48,549 nucleotides of DNA from Catajapyx aquilonaris (Eukaryota): positions 1 through 48,549 of the forward strand of contig KZ538940.1 in assembly GCA_000934665.2 (NCBI GenBank), read 5' to 3'. Made by a program: the position numbers and the translations under genes. Numbering within the stretch: the stretch's first letter is position 1; each line of letters begins with the position of its first letter. Shown one piece after another: positions 33,608-47,117 of this stretch. A model generated the notes under the pieces. That model did not search any database and was not told where the DNA came from. It worked only from the letters and a program-made list of their open reading frames with translations.

Positions 33608-34860
33608 CTGCAATTTGTAATGTGGCAAAATTTGAGTGGATATATGATAGGCAAATAATAATCCCTGAAACTTCAAAATTCTGGCATTTGCACCCACGTT
33701 TGCCCCATACATTATGTTTGTTACAATTATGCAATCTGTTTTGCATGTAAGTGATACTAAATTCTTCGTTTTGGCTGAGTCTGAAAAAGAATGCCGTTCT
33801 TCACCCCTTTGCAGGCAACTGGGATTGTGATCTGTGTACACTATTAGACATACCTGTATTATTGTCATGCAGTCTTTTTCATTTTATGGAGAAAGCAGAA
33901 AGGTCTGGCCTGGGAACGGTTAGAGGATAATTTTATTGCTGCTGTACAGTGGACCCATTGAAGACAGTAAGTAATCTCCACCTGCTCATGTACAGTAATT
34001 ATGCATTTGCGGATAGGGCCCTTTACTGGTTCATGCACCTTTTATGATCGATTTTATTCACTGACTGGGCTGTGGTGGATTTTTTTGTCGGAGGAAACAA
34101 TGAAGCTTACGGGAAATCCATATGAAAATGGACAGAGGTGAAATGTTGTGACTCTAACCACTGTCTACGTACAAAATGTCTGGATCATATCATATTGCCA
34201 GATCATCTTACTTGTCAGATTCTTTTGCGCCAATTCCACGTGATCAATTATATACCGCCCCAAATGAGCAAAAGGGCCAATAATCAACTCTAGCTCCTTC
34301 ATACTTGTATAGGAAAATATGGGAGACTGCAGTTTCATTGGCGATATACAGCAGGATGACCTCGTGATATCACGGTAATTAATATATTATGGAAGCATAC
34401 ATTGAGCTATACTAAGCTATACATTGAGTTACACGCAATTTTTATGCACATGGGAAATTAGTTGGGAAACAGATTTTTAAAGTTATTATGTATGAAATGT
34501 TCCTTTTCTTAAACCAGTAAATGCATTTTTTTGGAACAATATGCCGTATTACTATAATAAGGCAAGGTAAACTATCCAAATGTAACTCATGGCCTTCTAC
34601 AGTATAATCGTCAAATAATAGCTTTTACAAATAAACCGGGTAGTAATTTGTAACTTACGTATACTTTCAGGCGCACTCTTGAGCGTAAAATTAAAGCAAT
34701 GAATTAAAGCTGCCCTCGTTTTCGTTCCAAAAGGAATGGTAAACAATATCGAAACTCCCGTAAACACCCATGCGTAGCCATGGTTTCGCATTTTACTTGT
34801 GACGTCAGCATTATTAGAACTGCCAACAAGGCAAATATGTGCAGGCCTGCTTGTTTCAAT

Positions 34861-35151
34861 CAAAGAGTTCTGCTATTATATAATATAATACCTAGAGGAG
34901 GTACTCCCTATACTTTTCCATTAGACAGGCTGAGGCAGCCGCCATCTTGTTGGAGGTCATATTGTTGTTCTAACAGTTGTCTAGCAAATGGGACAACAAC
35001 CAATAATGACAACTGGGACGACAATTAGTTCAATAATGTCAGGCGTCCGCCATCTTGTTGGAGGTCATATTGTTGCCTGCATTGTTGCCTGCCTCACATT
35101 TCAGGCCGAGTGCCTCCTCTAGGTGTATATATAATATAGCAGAACTCTTTG
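34861..35151. mobile_element. P-element-like MITE with 8-bp TSD
   Basis: gtttcaat|caaagagttctgcta ... tagcagaactctttg|gtttcaat; internal direct repeat ccgccatcttgttggaggtcatattgtt x2. Confidence 0.85.
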
Positions 35152-35380
35152 GTTTCAATTGCAGTTGGGGTTGTGGCTGACGAATCTTTTGGCACACCCA
35201 CACCTACATACACAATATATTTTGTTATTTTCATTTACATGACTACCAAAAATGGCTTGTTGTAATGTTCCACATTCTAACATCCCAACACTGCAAAGGA
35301 CTTCTGAGATGGGCCAGAAAAGATTGTGACTGAGTCACTCATAAAAAAAGAAAAGGAAAACCGCATGTAGTCACAATTAG

Positions 35381-36272
35381 CAGGGGCATATCCACGGGGG
35401 GGGGGGGGGGNGGGGGGGATACCCCACCCCCAAATGAGCCCATGACTCAGATTTCAAACGAAACAAACATTTTTCTAACTGCTCAAAAATTCATTTCTGC
35501 CCTTCTTTTCAACAATTTGCCAAACAATAACAGATTAATTTCCTTTTCCTAAATAGTCCCAACATTACTATAGTGTTGTAAAAAAAAGCCAGAAATTTTG
35601 ACTGCAGGAAAACCCGATTTTTGGAACAATGGGCTTTTCTCCAAACATATTAATTTTTTCACAATTTTATCTGCCTTTTATGCACACTATAAAGTTTTTA
35701 TTATATCCCACTGTCCAGAAATGTCAAATTATTAATATTAATACCATAAAATAATAAATTGAAGAAAATTAACCATTCTTCATTAAAGATTCTGGCTTTT
35801 GGTGGAGAATTCTCCGAAGGACTCCAGGAACCAATCACTACATCAACAGTGTTTTCAGTGGGAGTATTTTGTAAATGTCTAGGACAAAAATATTCCATAT
35901 TGTAGTGATTTGGTAGAATCTTTTGAGATACGCTGATATTTTTCACTGGCTGAAAAGCCTACCCTAAGTGTTTTATGAAAAGCGCCTGCAATTATCGAAA
36001 ATAGTGCACCCTACTGATATTTCATCCTTTTTGCTCTGCCTTAGTATCAGTGTTTTCATGCCAAATCATATTGTGACTTACCAAAAGGCTGTTGGCTATT
36101 TCAACTGGTTTGCTTGCTGCTTGGTTTCCCCAAAAAAACCTTAGTCCCAACACGAAATTCGCGGTTTGGCACTTTAAATTTAGTTCAGAACGCGTTGTGG
36201 GTTATGAAAACGACGGTTATTTTTTCTTCAAAATAGTTCCTCCCCCAAAAGTCCTCTCTGGATTCGCCCCTG
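35381..36272. mobile_element. hAT-like non-autonomous element
   Basis: caggggcatatcca + poly-G ... tggattcgcccctg; the flanking caattag / caatcag may be a degraded TSD. Confidence 0.65.
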
Positions 36273-36402
36273 CAATCAGAGACATAAATAACTCACTATA
36301 TGCGTTATCAGGTTTCACCAGCATTTTCGAGTGTGTACCTGGGATTTCGATCTCTTTAATTATGGTGTCACAACCTAACTGAACTTCATATAAAACCTAT
36401 AC

Positions 36403-36522
36403 CCTCCTGAGACCCGGAGTACAGTATACTGTACCTTTGTTTTTATTTTTACGCGTTTGAGTTAGTCAGAAGGTGCTGGAAAAACCAAAGGTACAGTATA
36501 CTGTACCAGGGGTCTCAGGAGG
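36403..36522. mobile_element. Short MITE of the CCTCCTGAGACC family
   Basis: cctcctgagaccc..gtacagtatactgtacctttg ... caaaggtacagtatactgtac..ggtctcaggagg. Confidence 0.8.
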
Positions 36523-38735
36523 ATACATGTCTCCAGTTGTCTAGCCGAGGAGGTGCATATTTCTCAACCACAATATTACAATGCAAAAATATTACAATGA
36601 TAGCATACCAGGGGTAATTCAATGGTTTGACAACAATCCATCCCAGCCAGCAGTCTAGTCAGGTCTGCCCAGAAGCTTGCGAATTTCGGCGAAATTGCGA
36701 CTTTTTAGTGTAAGCAAGAAGTCAGCGGACATAGGCCTACTGTATATATAGGGTAATAATATACCGTACTGTATATTGGCTTCTCGCTATGACCGATTCT
36801 ACAGTATATTTATCCCCAAATGAAGTGGCCTGAATAAGGACCTCGGGTCTCTCATCATTGTTACTAGTATACTTGTGTCTGCGCATGACCTCGTTTCGTG
36901 GTGTCCACAGGGTTGGAAAGGACTGACTTCTTCCGTATATCCCAGGGGACATTTAGAAGTGGGAAAGAAGAGAGAAGGTTTTAGTTATGCAGTTCAAGAA
37001 GGCCAAGTTAGCAAATAGCCTATAACATGAGTGACATGAAAACGAATACGGTACTGTGGAAAACTTCCTGCATGTGATTGCACCGGCGAGTCCTCCTGGA
37101 ATTTTCACAATTTCAATATTCCCGAGTGTCCAATGGGTCTTAAATTCACTTTGAACTTTCAGGTCATACTGTACAGTCTTCACTGGTGACATCAAGACTT
37201 AGAAAGGAATGATTTTGAGTCGAGATTGATCAAATAAAATGCGGTTAGTCCCGATATTTATATTATTATAAAATGTCAATGTTTGTTTGTTTTTTGGTTG
37301 GGAATTTTAAAATATATTAAAGCATAGCACCATAATTTTGCAATAAATAAACTGGCGAACTTTTATTCGTTACGAGAAATGTCAGTCCGTCTATCCCCAC
37401 CTCAGCATCCAAAGTCCGCGTGAAAATAAGATGGACAATTATTATAATAACTTACCCCTAAACCTTACCTTTGAAATTCAACTTGAAAAGCACCTATAAA
37501 GAGGCTATCTCAATATATTCTACCCACAGATAACTAGTGAAGGGATGGTTTTAAAGGTGACACATTCTGAAATGAGCAACGTACTGCATTATGCAATGGA
37601 TATGCTTGCAATTTTTAAAATAAACTATAAATTATGATTTTTTAATTCCACTTCACCGAGCATTAATTCCGATTGTCTCGCGACAGAGGCGTTGCGTTGT
37701 CTGGAGTTAATCCCATTGGCTAGCATGAGAGTGGGAGCGGTGTCGAGTTAGACCGCCAACATTAGTTACAACATTCAGTACTTGACATGATAAAACATGG
37801 CTTTCACAAATTCAATACTTGTCTCACTTCCCTGTTACAAAGGGCCTCTATGCCTGAATTTTCTGACCTGAAATCGGCTTCTGGTGCTCAATAATACTAC
37901 CGCATTAAATGGCCCCACATCCATTTACTTCGGAAGATAGTGTTGTTGTCTTGCGATGCTGATATAATATTGATGTAATGTTGACATATGCTGGCCGATA
38001 TAGCAGTAGGAGATCGAAAGAATTATATGGTTTTATGGTTCGAAAAATGCTTCCATAGGCATGGTGTGTGACCTGTGGCAGACGAAGATAAGTTCAATAC
38101 GTGTCCATTTTACTAAATTTGAGTTAAGTCAAGAGATCTGCGAGATCATATAATTATCTGCAAGAGAATAAGGCCGAAATCTAACTCACAAGTCGCAGTC
38201 AGGTTGCAAGAAACTCCCATTTTTACAGTGCCCTCATATTATTTCAGGGAAACATTCCCGTATAAGGATGATGACCGGCAACTTATAAAGAAGCACAAAG
38301 AACACTTCTAAAGAGATTCAGAAATGAGATGAAAGTTTCAGTAATTCCAATTTCAATTGTACTATACGTCTATGCAACACTATATTATTATACAGTCCAA
38401 TTTTTAAAGGTGCATGTTGTTCTTTAAAAACTACTTTAATGAAATCAATGATTGCGCAATACTTTCTGCATAAGCAGTGTAGTGTGATGCATTGCAATGG
38501 ACAATCTCGTCAATTTTATTAAACACTAATTTGTCTAAACAGATGCATAATTGAACCTCACATTACACCATTGCTAGAAAATTATTCATAATATTTCTGT
38601 ACTTTCCTTCCTGCGGCCCTTTGTAGTTACACACAAAACCTTTTGACACAATAAAATGCGTAATTTTTTGTTAAAAACGGCACTGTAAAACGTGTCATTT
38701 CAGATGTGTCACGAAAATACCAGTTGAAAAACACG

Positions 38736-38770
<35 letters not shown>

Positions 38771-41700
38771 NCTCTCTCTCTCTCTCTCTCTCTCCCCAGC
38801 AGAAAACCACACACGTGTGTCCTGTGACATACCAGTAGGGAAATTTACAAACTGTATATAATGTGTGTCATCCTTCCAACCTTCAACATGTGTGTCACCT
38901 GGGGTGTCTTTGCACTGAACGGAATTAGGACATGCAGTGTCATATATGCACTGGAACACAGTTCTGCGTCATTTGACACAAAACACGTTGAAGAGATTGC
39001 CTGACACGTTTTTGTGGGTCCTATCTCCTATGACATTATATGTTCTGGGTCGAAAGTGTGTCACCGTTTGGTGTGTAGAAAAAACATCATTAGCCATATT
39101 TTGACCATTGCATCCACATTGATTGTCACTCTTTTGGACTTCCCGCTTTCGATTTTTTGTTCACACTTTTATGCACATCGTCCATCCAAAATCTCCTGAG
39201 CAAAGTAGTACAGATTTCATATATTATTTAATACAACATTATTTACAATGAACTACTCAAGTCCAAGAGGAAATACTTTTTAGTACGTTTTAAAATAAAA
39301 AGGTATTTATAAATCCTTGTTTTAGTAGGCTATATATAATTTTAAATTGGAAATTACTTATATGGAGGTACTACAAGCCGGCTGTTACGGCAATGGCATT
39401 ATGGTACCCAATTTTTAGAGTACACTTGATAATTTCATTCTGGACTTGTCAGCAGATTTAGCTTGTTTTTGTGGGGACTGTATAGTGTGATATTCCGATT
39501 CATTTGCAATATTTTTAGGCCTATTTGTGATTAGTGTAATTATTGTGATAGTCATCGCACACTTTATTAGAGGGTCTAATATTCCTCGTGTTTCATAATT
39601 TAGCTCACATCAATATACATCGACAGAAATTTCACGGATTCTCATTTCCATTCGCTTTTGTCGCCTCACCTGCAAGTGAGATAGTGAGTTACTTACACCG
39701 TTGGAAATCTCATTTAACGTCCCTTGCGGTGGTAATAAATCAGCGTTTCTCTTTTATTGACCGCAGTCCACTTAGAATTGGAGAAAAGATCTCGCGGCAC
39801 ATATGGTCAGTCGTCAGAAAAACTGTAACGAAATTGGATTTTTTTGACCAGTTGGCACCTCGACCCGACGTCAGTACTTTAAGTCTCATGCATTGTGTAA
39901 GACTTAAAAGACCACAAGTGCCAATATAAAAATTGTTCTCAGAAATTGCCTGAAAATGCAGGGTGTTTAAAAACTACCCTATGTGTACATAGGGAACACC
40001 CACGACAAACCTTATTCGTCAAAGAATGTATGCCCGCTGATGACTTATCCTTCGGTGTTAGATGAATAATTGTATGCTTTGCTCTCTCACGCCTATAGAA
40101 TTGCACAATAATTAAGCACACTTCTGATATAAACATTAGACTTTCAATATGAAATCATTAACACCATAAAGTTTACCTACCAATATAATGTTATAGCAAG
40201 CTTGGGGCAGGCTTGACCCACTACTTTTTGATGCCTTACCCTACATCAGATATGATTATGGTGATAATCAAGTGTGCTAATCCAAGCTGGAGAAAACACA
40301 ACAGGGATTATCCTCAAGACGTGATTATATAGGCAATCCAGGGCAATAAATCCCGTCTATTATAAGGTGGGTGTTTAAGCGGCTTTCTTTGGACTCCCTA
40401 GTTGAAAACACTCAAGTAGTTTCGGTGCTCCGGGAATTTGAGAACCGACTGTCTAAATGCTGAGAGATTATTAATAATGGCTCATTAGATCCAGTCATGA
40501 GCAATAACAGGAAGGAAGGCTGTATAAATTACCACGTTGATCTCAAAATTGGGACCTCAGCTCCAAACGTATGCTTCATTATGTGCCATTTCCAGATATT
40601 ACCTCCGGTATTATCAATCCTTTCTTGCATATATCGTTTGTCATCTTCATTTTTGTGGCCTTATTATGGCCCATCTGGGATAACCTCACCCTCCTGCTGA
40701 ATTGATGTCACGGCACACCGAATTATGTATCACTTATGCTTGTACTATAACCAAATGATATTTAACTCATTAAGCATCGGTTTATAAAAGGAGGAGCATA
40801 TTAATATACTCTCATCACTAGAAGGTTGCTTATAGTCTACAATACGTGTGTGTATTAGCATGATAACTTAAATACTCCCCGCTGCTACTACTACTGCTGC
40901 TACAGCTGTTATTACATTCAGTATTCTAAGAAGCCTAGTTAACATCATATTACGTCAATAGCTGTGCGGTCTCATATTTACTGTACGTCGAAGTGGTGAT
41001 TAGAATGTTAAGCGCAGAATAAAATCCGGAATCATTATTGCCTATAAATTCAGTAATTAAATGACACTGTCTCTTCAACACAGCCTCGGAATCCTGTGAA
41101 ATGTGTGATAGCTAACGCACTGGGATTACATTACTCGCGTTTCAGTAGACAAAGAAAAGCTTTTGGTTAGCGGCTTATGATTACCTCGTTTGTGAGGTTT
41201 ACATTCAACGCGTGGGGAAAAAACCCCGGATTGAATTTGCAACCTTTGGTTATTTGGCTTCGGTCAATAGGGTGAAATGAATAGAAAGTGACTACTATCA
41301 GGAATAGGATATGCAATCAAAGAGCAGTACACATACGCTTGTTCAGGAATAAAATGGGCTTCTTTTCCACACCTTTGAAGTCGCAGAAAGCGGAGTGGTT
41401 TGCAAGCCTCCATCTGTACGTATAGATGTTTGTAGACGCGTGTTTTGTTCGTCAACTGATTTTTGTATGGGTTTCATAAATTATGACCTACATTTCTGGT
41501 GATTTTAATGAGGTGTTCCAGACAATGAAGGAAATTGTATGGTTGCAATGCAATAGCTACAAGTCTCTTAAAATCTGCCAAAGTGCGTCTGTTGATTTCT
41601 CGGTGCTCTTCCTGTGCTATTCCAAACGGACCTATACCCGCCGACGTAAGGCATATCGAGTTAGACTGTTCATTTGATGTCCTTTCAACTGTTTAAAACG

Positions 41701-41837
41701 ATTGGTAACTGAAGTCCGTGTGAAGTCCATGATCGACGATCCCCCTTTTCAAATCATGCGCACTGCCCAAGCGGCTCATGTAAACATTTAACTGACAAAA
41801 GAAGAGCAGCTTGCGCAACTTGGAATCTGAGAAAAAT

Positions 41838-41996
41838 ATGGCCGCCACGGTAGATGACGGTCGGGACAAGGCCCTTATAAACGAAGGGGAGAGGTACACC
41901 CTGCTCTACGAGGTGGGGAAGGCCGAGTATCGGAACAAGGGGAAGCGGGAGAAGGCGTAGTACAGCACGATATGGGCGAAAGCCCTAGGAAGACCA
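41838..41996 (+). pseudogene. MADF/Myb-SANT-like DNA-binding domain fragment
   Basis: MAATVDDGRDKALINEGERYTLLYEVGKAEYRNKGKREKA*; TAG sits at the conserved Trp position, followed by a possible gtcagt donor. Confidence 0.65.
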
Positions 41997-42050
41997 AGTC
42001 AGTTTTAATCAAATGCGATCAAATGCATCCTGAACCATCCTGCACATGTT

Positions 42051-42889
42051 AAGATAAACTTACTATGCCTATGAACAAGTCATAAAGTGATAAACCCAAG
42101 ACAGTATAACTTGCTTTTCGTGAAGGGATGGTGCGGGAAGGGGGTGTCCTGATGGCTTTCAAAATATGGTCACCTTAAATCTGGCAACTAGCATACACTG
42201 TTTTCAAACTCTGTATCTCATCTGTATCTGATATTTTATTTGTAATAATTCTATTTAATAACTTAACACTCTCCTCCACTTCTCCCCTCCCTGCACCACC
42301 TCTAGTATAATTACGATCCGCAAAAAAAAGTGCAATATATTATTTACAGATAGTCTAAATATATCGATGTATCGATGTATCGATATTTCTGGAAGAATCG
42401 GTGACGTAATGACTCTCGGCCAATGAGAAGCGGAGTTTCATTCTCATCTGCTGAAAGCTTCTACCTCATTGGCCGAGCGTTCAACCAACCAGGTTGTGTT
42501 CGATTTTGACCCGGCATCTTTGCCAATTTTTTCTTCTTACCTTCATACGGAGGAGGAGAGGGTCTTAGAAAGGAAGGTCTCCGTACGCCGTTCCCGGCAT
42601 TCAGAATCGTATCACCTGCCCAGAATCGGAGGCAGATTATTGCCGACCTGAGATCGTACCTACTTGTAGGATAAGGTACGTCGTACGTGGGTGAGAATTT
42701 ATAGGGTACGGTGTTGAAAAAGGGGTCGGCAATTTCCGAATTCATTTCTGCTCAAAAAATAGGATTGTTCCATTTTCAAAGCTTTCGAGACTAAACGGGA
42801 AAGTAAATCCGACAGCCTGTCGTGTATATTACGAAGTGCTGTTGCGGAAGTTGGGTAAAATGTTCCGGGAGGGTTTATCACAGTTTATG
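42051..42889 (+). repeat. ~0.83-kb direct repeat, copy 1
   Basis: Nearly identical to 46282-47117; similarity ends sharply after cacagtttatg. Confidence 0.92.
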
Positions 42890-43671
42890 GAACGGATGTC
42901 ATTGACCTCTCCGAATCGAACTGCTCTACACCACCTTTCTCTCTCACATTGCCTTTCATATTCCGCATAAGTATTAATAATTTGCAGTCCACAAATACAA
43001 AATAATTAATTGCTCCTGCCATATATTCCACCAATTTTAATGGAACTTGAAGTGCCTGAAAGAGGAAAAAATAGGTGGTAAACAAGACAGTGCTTATTAG
43101 CATAAGGTTTCCTGAGAGAAGAAAAATCACTATAATAATTGAACCAGTGATTTTGAAAAGGGCTAGATTCCATTAACCCTTTTTTTCAGGACACAAGAAA
43201 AACTGAATATTATTTAAATGGTGCTCTCTATCAAAAATGTCAAATAGCAGTTTTATTGTGAAAGTCACAGTGCATTACACCACACTCACATGTTACTCAC
43301 CCATCGCTTCCCATTGTTGCAATATGGTATTCAAATTGTTGTAATAATCATAATGCCCTTTTCAAAATAACTGTATACTATGCATAATATGTAAAGGAGT
43401 TGTATTGTGTATATATATTATTTGATTTCCGCCTGGGAGACTACCTTTCTCCTGCGTCAGGAGGGTCTCTGACCAACACCTAATAACCTCCTGGGGAACA
43501 GCACATGAACCATAGCTACGACATTGCACCTTGCACCCATGATCCCTCCCCAAAAAATCCCAATCCTTACCCAATGTCCGGAGTGAAGTACTGAAGTTAA
43601 CTTAGAAAATTGAGGAAAAATGGTGGTATACCACCCCCCTATAGAACCCGTAAGGGTCATCACGGGGTACA

Positions 43672-43674
43672 ATA

Positions 43675-43761
<87 letters not shown>

Positions 43762-43766
43762 AAGAA

Positions 43767-43797
<31 letters not shown>

Positions 43798-43820
43798 AAT
43801 AATAATAATAATAATAATAA
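43672..43820 (+). repeat. Compound microsatellite (TAA)n(GAA)n(TAA)n forming a retroposon tail
   Basis: Read directly; it follows the 3' hairpin at 43636-43667. Confidence 0.95.
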
Positions 43821-45194
43821 TTTGATTTGAAACGTACTCGTACAAACATGAGATGATCACAGTGTTATCAGTCCTCTTTTTCAGAGTCACTTTCTGTCTC
43901 CTCAATCTGCCAAGTCATGATATCATCATAAAAGGTGATGAAGTTTGAATCTACATACCTCATCACCTTGGATATGTCTTCTAACTTTTGAGACTTTTGA
44001 GACTTGATTGGCACCCCCCCCCCCCCCACTTCATAGGCTGTGGTACTTTGCATTTCAGGTGGCAGTTGTACCGTTCGAAGCTTATATAGGCGGATGAGAG
44101 TAGTCACGGAATATTCTCATTTTCAAACTCACAAGGGACACTATCCAAGTGTCACTCGCCGATTTTCATGAAATTCGGTGCATTGGTAGCCCACCCCAAG
44201 GGATGAAAAACGCACCTAAAGTTACCTGATCAAAATGATCATGTAACCCTTTTTGAGGGGGCCAAAGGTCAACTCGTAAAATTCCGACATCACCAATTTC
44301 ATGAAATTCGGTGCATTGGTTGGATTTATAAAGAATGACGTTTTCTCAGGACATATTTATGTCAATAAAGCAGTGTTTGACACAAACAAAATGATGTCAA
44401 ATACTGGACAAAACGGGACAAAACGTACTTGTGAAACAAAAAACAAGAGAGTCATTCCATGTCAAATCATCAAATAAATAATAAGTTTTGGATTTTGATG
44501 TCATGGATTTGGCTAATTTTTGGGAGACCTGTTCCTTCCCATTTGACATGGACAAAATTATATTTTAAATTTTTTTCCTGTCATCGGTTTTTGAATTTTG
44601 GAATGTTCAATAATTATTGCAAAACCTCCCAAAAACCGCTCACCGACAAACCTTTAAATATGATTTCCCAGAGAACCGTTCCAGATACAAGCTGGCCTTG
44701 ATCTCATTTTAAAGCCAATGAATAGGGCTTTCATATGATATATATGTAACATGTATTGTTATTCAGGACATATACGTTTTTCGGGACTTTTCAAACTTTC
44801 TTTTTACATTTTCCAAAAATAGGTATGATTTAAAATGTTCCTAAAATTCACACATATTGGTACACATCTACTGAAGGTCTAGTGATAATTTCAGTGTGGG
44901 ATCTCTATGCTGTCATATGAAGATGGAATTTCATTCATGTGAGGAAAATAATGATAATTGGGTCATTCCATCTCAATTCTGTTTCTGAAAAGTTGTGGCT
45001 TGACCCCTTCCGATGTAACTGAAAAAATCAAGTAGGTAGGTATCCACACCTAATTGCGAAATCCTCAATTAGAGGCCGCTGGAGTCAAATCTCACGGAGA
45101 TATAACAATGGAAAGTTCAACAATGACGTCCGTGTGAATCTATTTCTTGGAGCATCCCCTATTCAGAAATGCATAAACCATTCTTTACCCATGG

Positions 45195-45924
45195 TAGGGA
45201 CAGTAGGAATTGTGGAATGAAATGCTCAAATTGTTGGAATGAAATGCCCAAATTGTTGGAATGAAATGGTCAAATTGTTGGAATGAAATGGTCAAATTGT
45301 TGGAATGAACAGATGAATTCTTGGTACAAAAGTATTTATTTGTATGAAAATCCAATATAAGGAAATAAATTATTTCCTTATTTTGGATTTTCATATGGAA
45401 GAGCAGAAAGTATTATTTTTCTAAGATAATCAGAGTTAAATTTGTCCGCTTATCGGTCAGAACCATTGAAAATGTAGAAAAAAACCTTTCACAGTCCACA
45501 TTGGATGTGGGGAACCAAACAGCTTTAAGGCTTTGTGCACAAAAATCAGGATGCTCTTCCTTCATTGCCAAAAGGGCATCCAACATAGGCACATCCCTGT
45601 ACATTACCAGACCACGTCTACAAGTTGTCTGAATCCAAGGACAGCGTCTTCTACACTTGCGTCTTGAAAACTCGGGACACTTTTCATCAACGACTGAGAG
45701 GCAATAAGTTCTTTTTTTAAAAAAAGTATGGGGGAAAATCCTCAAAATGTTCAGGAAAGACTGGAAAATGTCGGAATGAAGCCATTTATGTCCATATTGT
45801 CGATATCGACAATGCCGAATTTAGGCATAACTTCAGCATATGACGTGACTATATCAATTTCGCGACAATCGCATCACTTTTGCAAAATCGTCGGATTGTC
45901 ATTATGACTATTTCTACTGTCTCT
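45195..45924 (-). mobile_element. hAT transposon deletion derivative inserted into a foldback element (45143-46080)
   Basis: TIR tagggacagtag / ctactgtctct; about five 21-bp subterminal repeats caaattgttggaatgaaatgN; hAT dimerisation motif LKAVWFPTSNVDCERFFSTFSMVLTDKRTNL on -. Confidence 0.78.
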
Positions 45925-46281
45925 CCATGAGGGATAACTGATCAGCGAATTTTCAAACGTATGGGTGCATAAGGCGGTGCACGGAATCATGCACCCATAC
46001 GTTTGAAAGTTCACTGATCAATTATCCCCCATGGGTAAAGAATGGTTTATGCATTTCTGACTAGGGGATGATCCAAGAAACTGATTGACATACCAAATGT
46101 CAAAATCGGTCCAGTCGTACCTCGACAAATTTGAGCTCGAAAATCGGCAAAATCAGGTAATTCATATTTTCGGGATTTTTTATTTCTAACCCTGCTTGAC
46201 CAATCACAATGCGAACCTATCTTTCTCCATTACTTTCCGAGCCTGTTGAACGAACAAAATTAATGTCACATAATTATTCAT

Positions 46282-47117
46282 AAAGATAAACTATGTCTAT
46301 GAACATAAAAAGTCATAAAGTGATAAACCCAACATAGTATAACTTGCTTTTCGTGAAGGGATGGTGCGGGAAGGGGGTGTCCTGATGGCTTTCAAAATAT
46401 TGTCACCGTAAATCTGGCAACTAGCACACACTGTTGTCAGACTCTGTATCTCATCTGTATCTGATATTTTATTTGTAATAATTATATTTAATAACTTAAC
46501 ACTCTCCTCCACTTCTCCCCTCCCTGCACCACCTCTAGTAATTACGATCCGCAAAAAAAGTGCAATATATTTACAGATAGTCTAAATATATCGATGTATC
46601 GATGTATCGATATTTCTGGAAGAATCGGTGACGTAATGACTCTCGGCCAATGAGAAGCGGAGTTTCATTCTTATCTGCTGAAAGCTTCTACCTCATTGGC
46701 CGAGAGTTCAACCAACCAGGTTGTGTTCGATTTTGAGCCGCCATCTTTGCCAATTTTTTCTTCTTACCTTCACACGGAGGTGGAGAGGGTCTTAGAAAGG
46801 AAGGTCTCCGTACGCCGTTCCCGGCATTCAGAATCGTATCACCTGCCCATAATCGGAGGCAGATTATTGCCGACCTGAGATCGTACCTACTTGTTGGATA
46901 AGGTACGTCGTACGTGGGTGAGAATTTATAGGGTACGGTGTTGAAAAAGGGGTCGGCAATTTCCGAATTCATTTCTGCTCAAAAAATAGGATTGTTCCAT
47001 TTTCAAAGCTTTCGAGACTAAACGGGAAAGTAAATCCGGCAGCCTGTCGTGTATATTACGAAGTGCTGTTCCGGCTGTTGGGTAAAATGTTCCGGGAGGT
47101 CTTACCACAGTTTATGA
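46282..47117 (+). repeat. ~0.83-kb direct repeat, copy 2
   Basis: Nearly identical to 42051-42889. Confidence 0.92.

Noticed and set aside
36737..37195. Two abutting minus-strand ORFs as upstream exons of Akirin-like A
   Set aside because: No Akirin N-terminal similarity and no convincing splice sites.
43636..43667. The retroposon 3' hairpin as a hammerhead ribozyme (reverse strand has tgatga)
   Set aside because: It lacks the CUGAUGA...GAAA core, and the tails show that + is the transcribed strand.
8183..45310. Short direct-repeat arrays (8183-8278, 22820-22925, 45205-45310) as CRISPR-like arrays
   Set aside because: Eukaryotic context, no regular unique spacers and no cas genes; they are transposon subterminal repeats or minisatellites.
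42051..47117. The direct repeats as LTRs of a 5-kb retrotransposon
   Set aside because: No TG...CA termini, TSD, PBS/PPT or gag-pol remnants; the interior is unrelated DNA-transposon and SINE debris.
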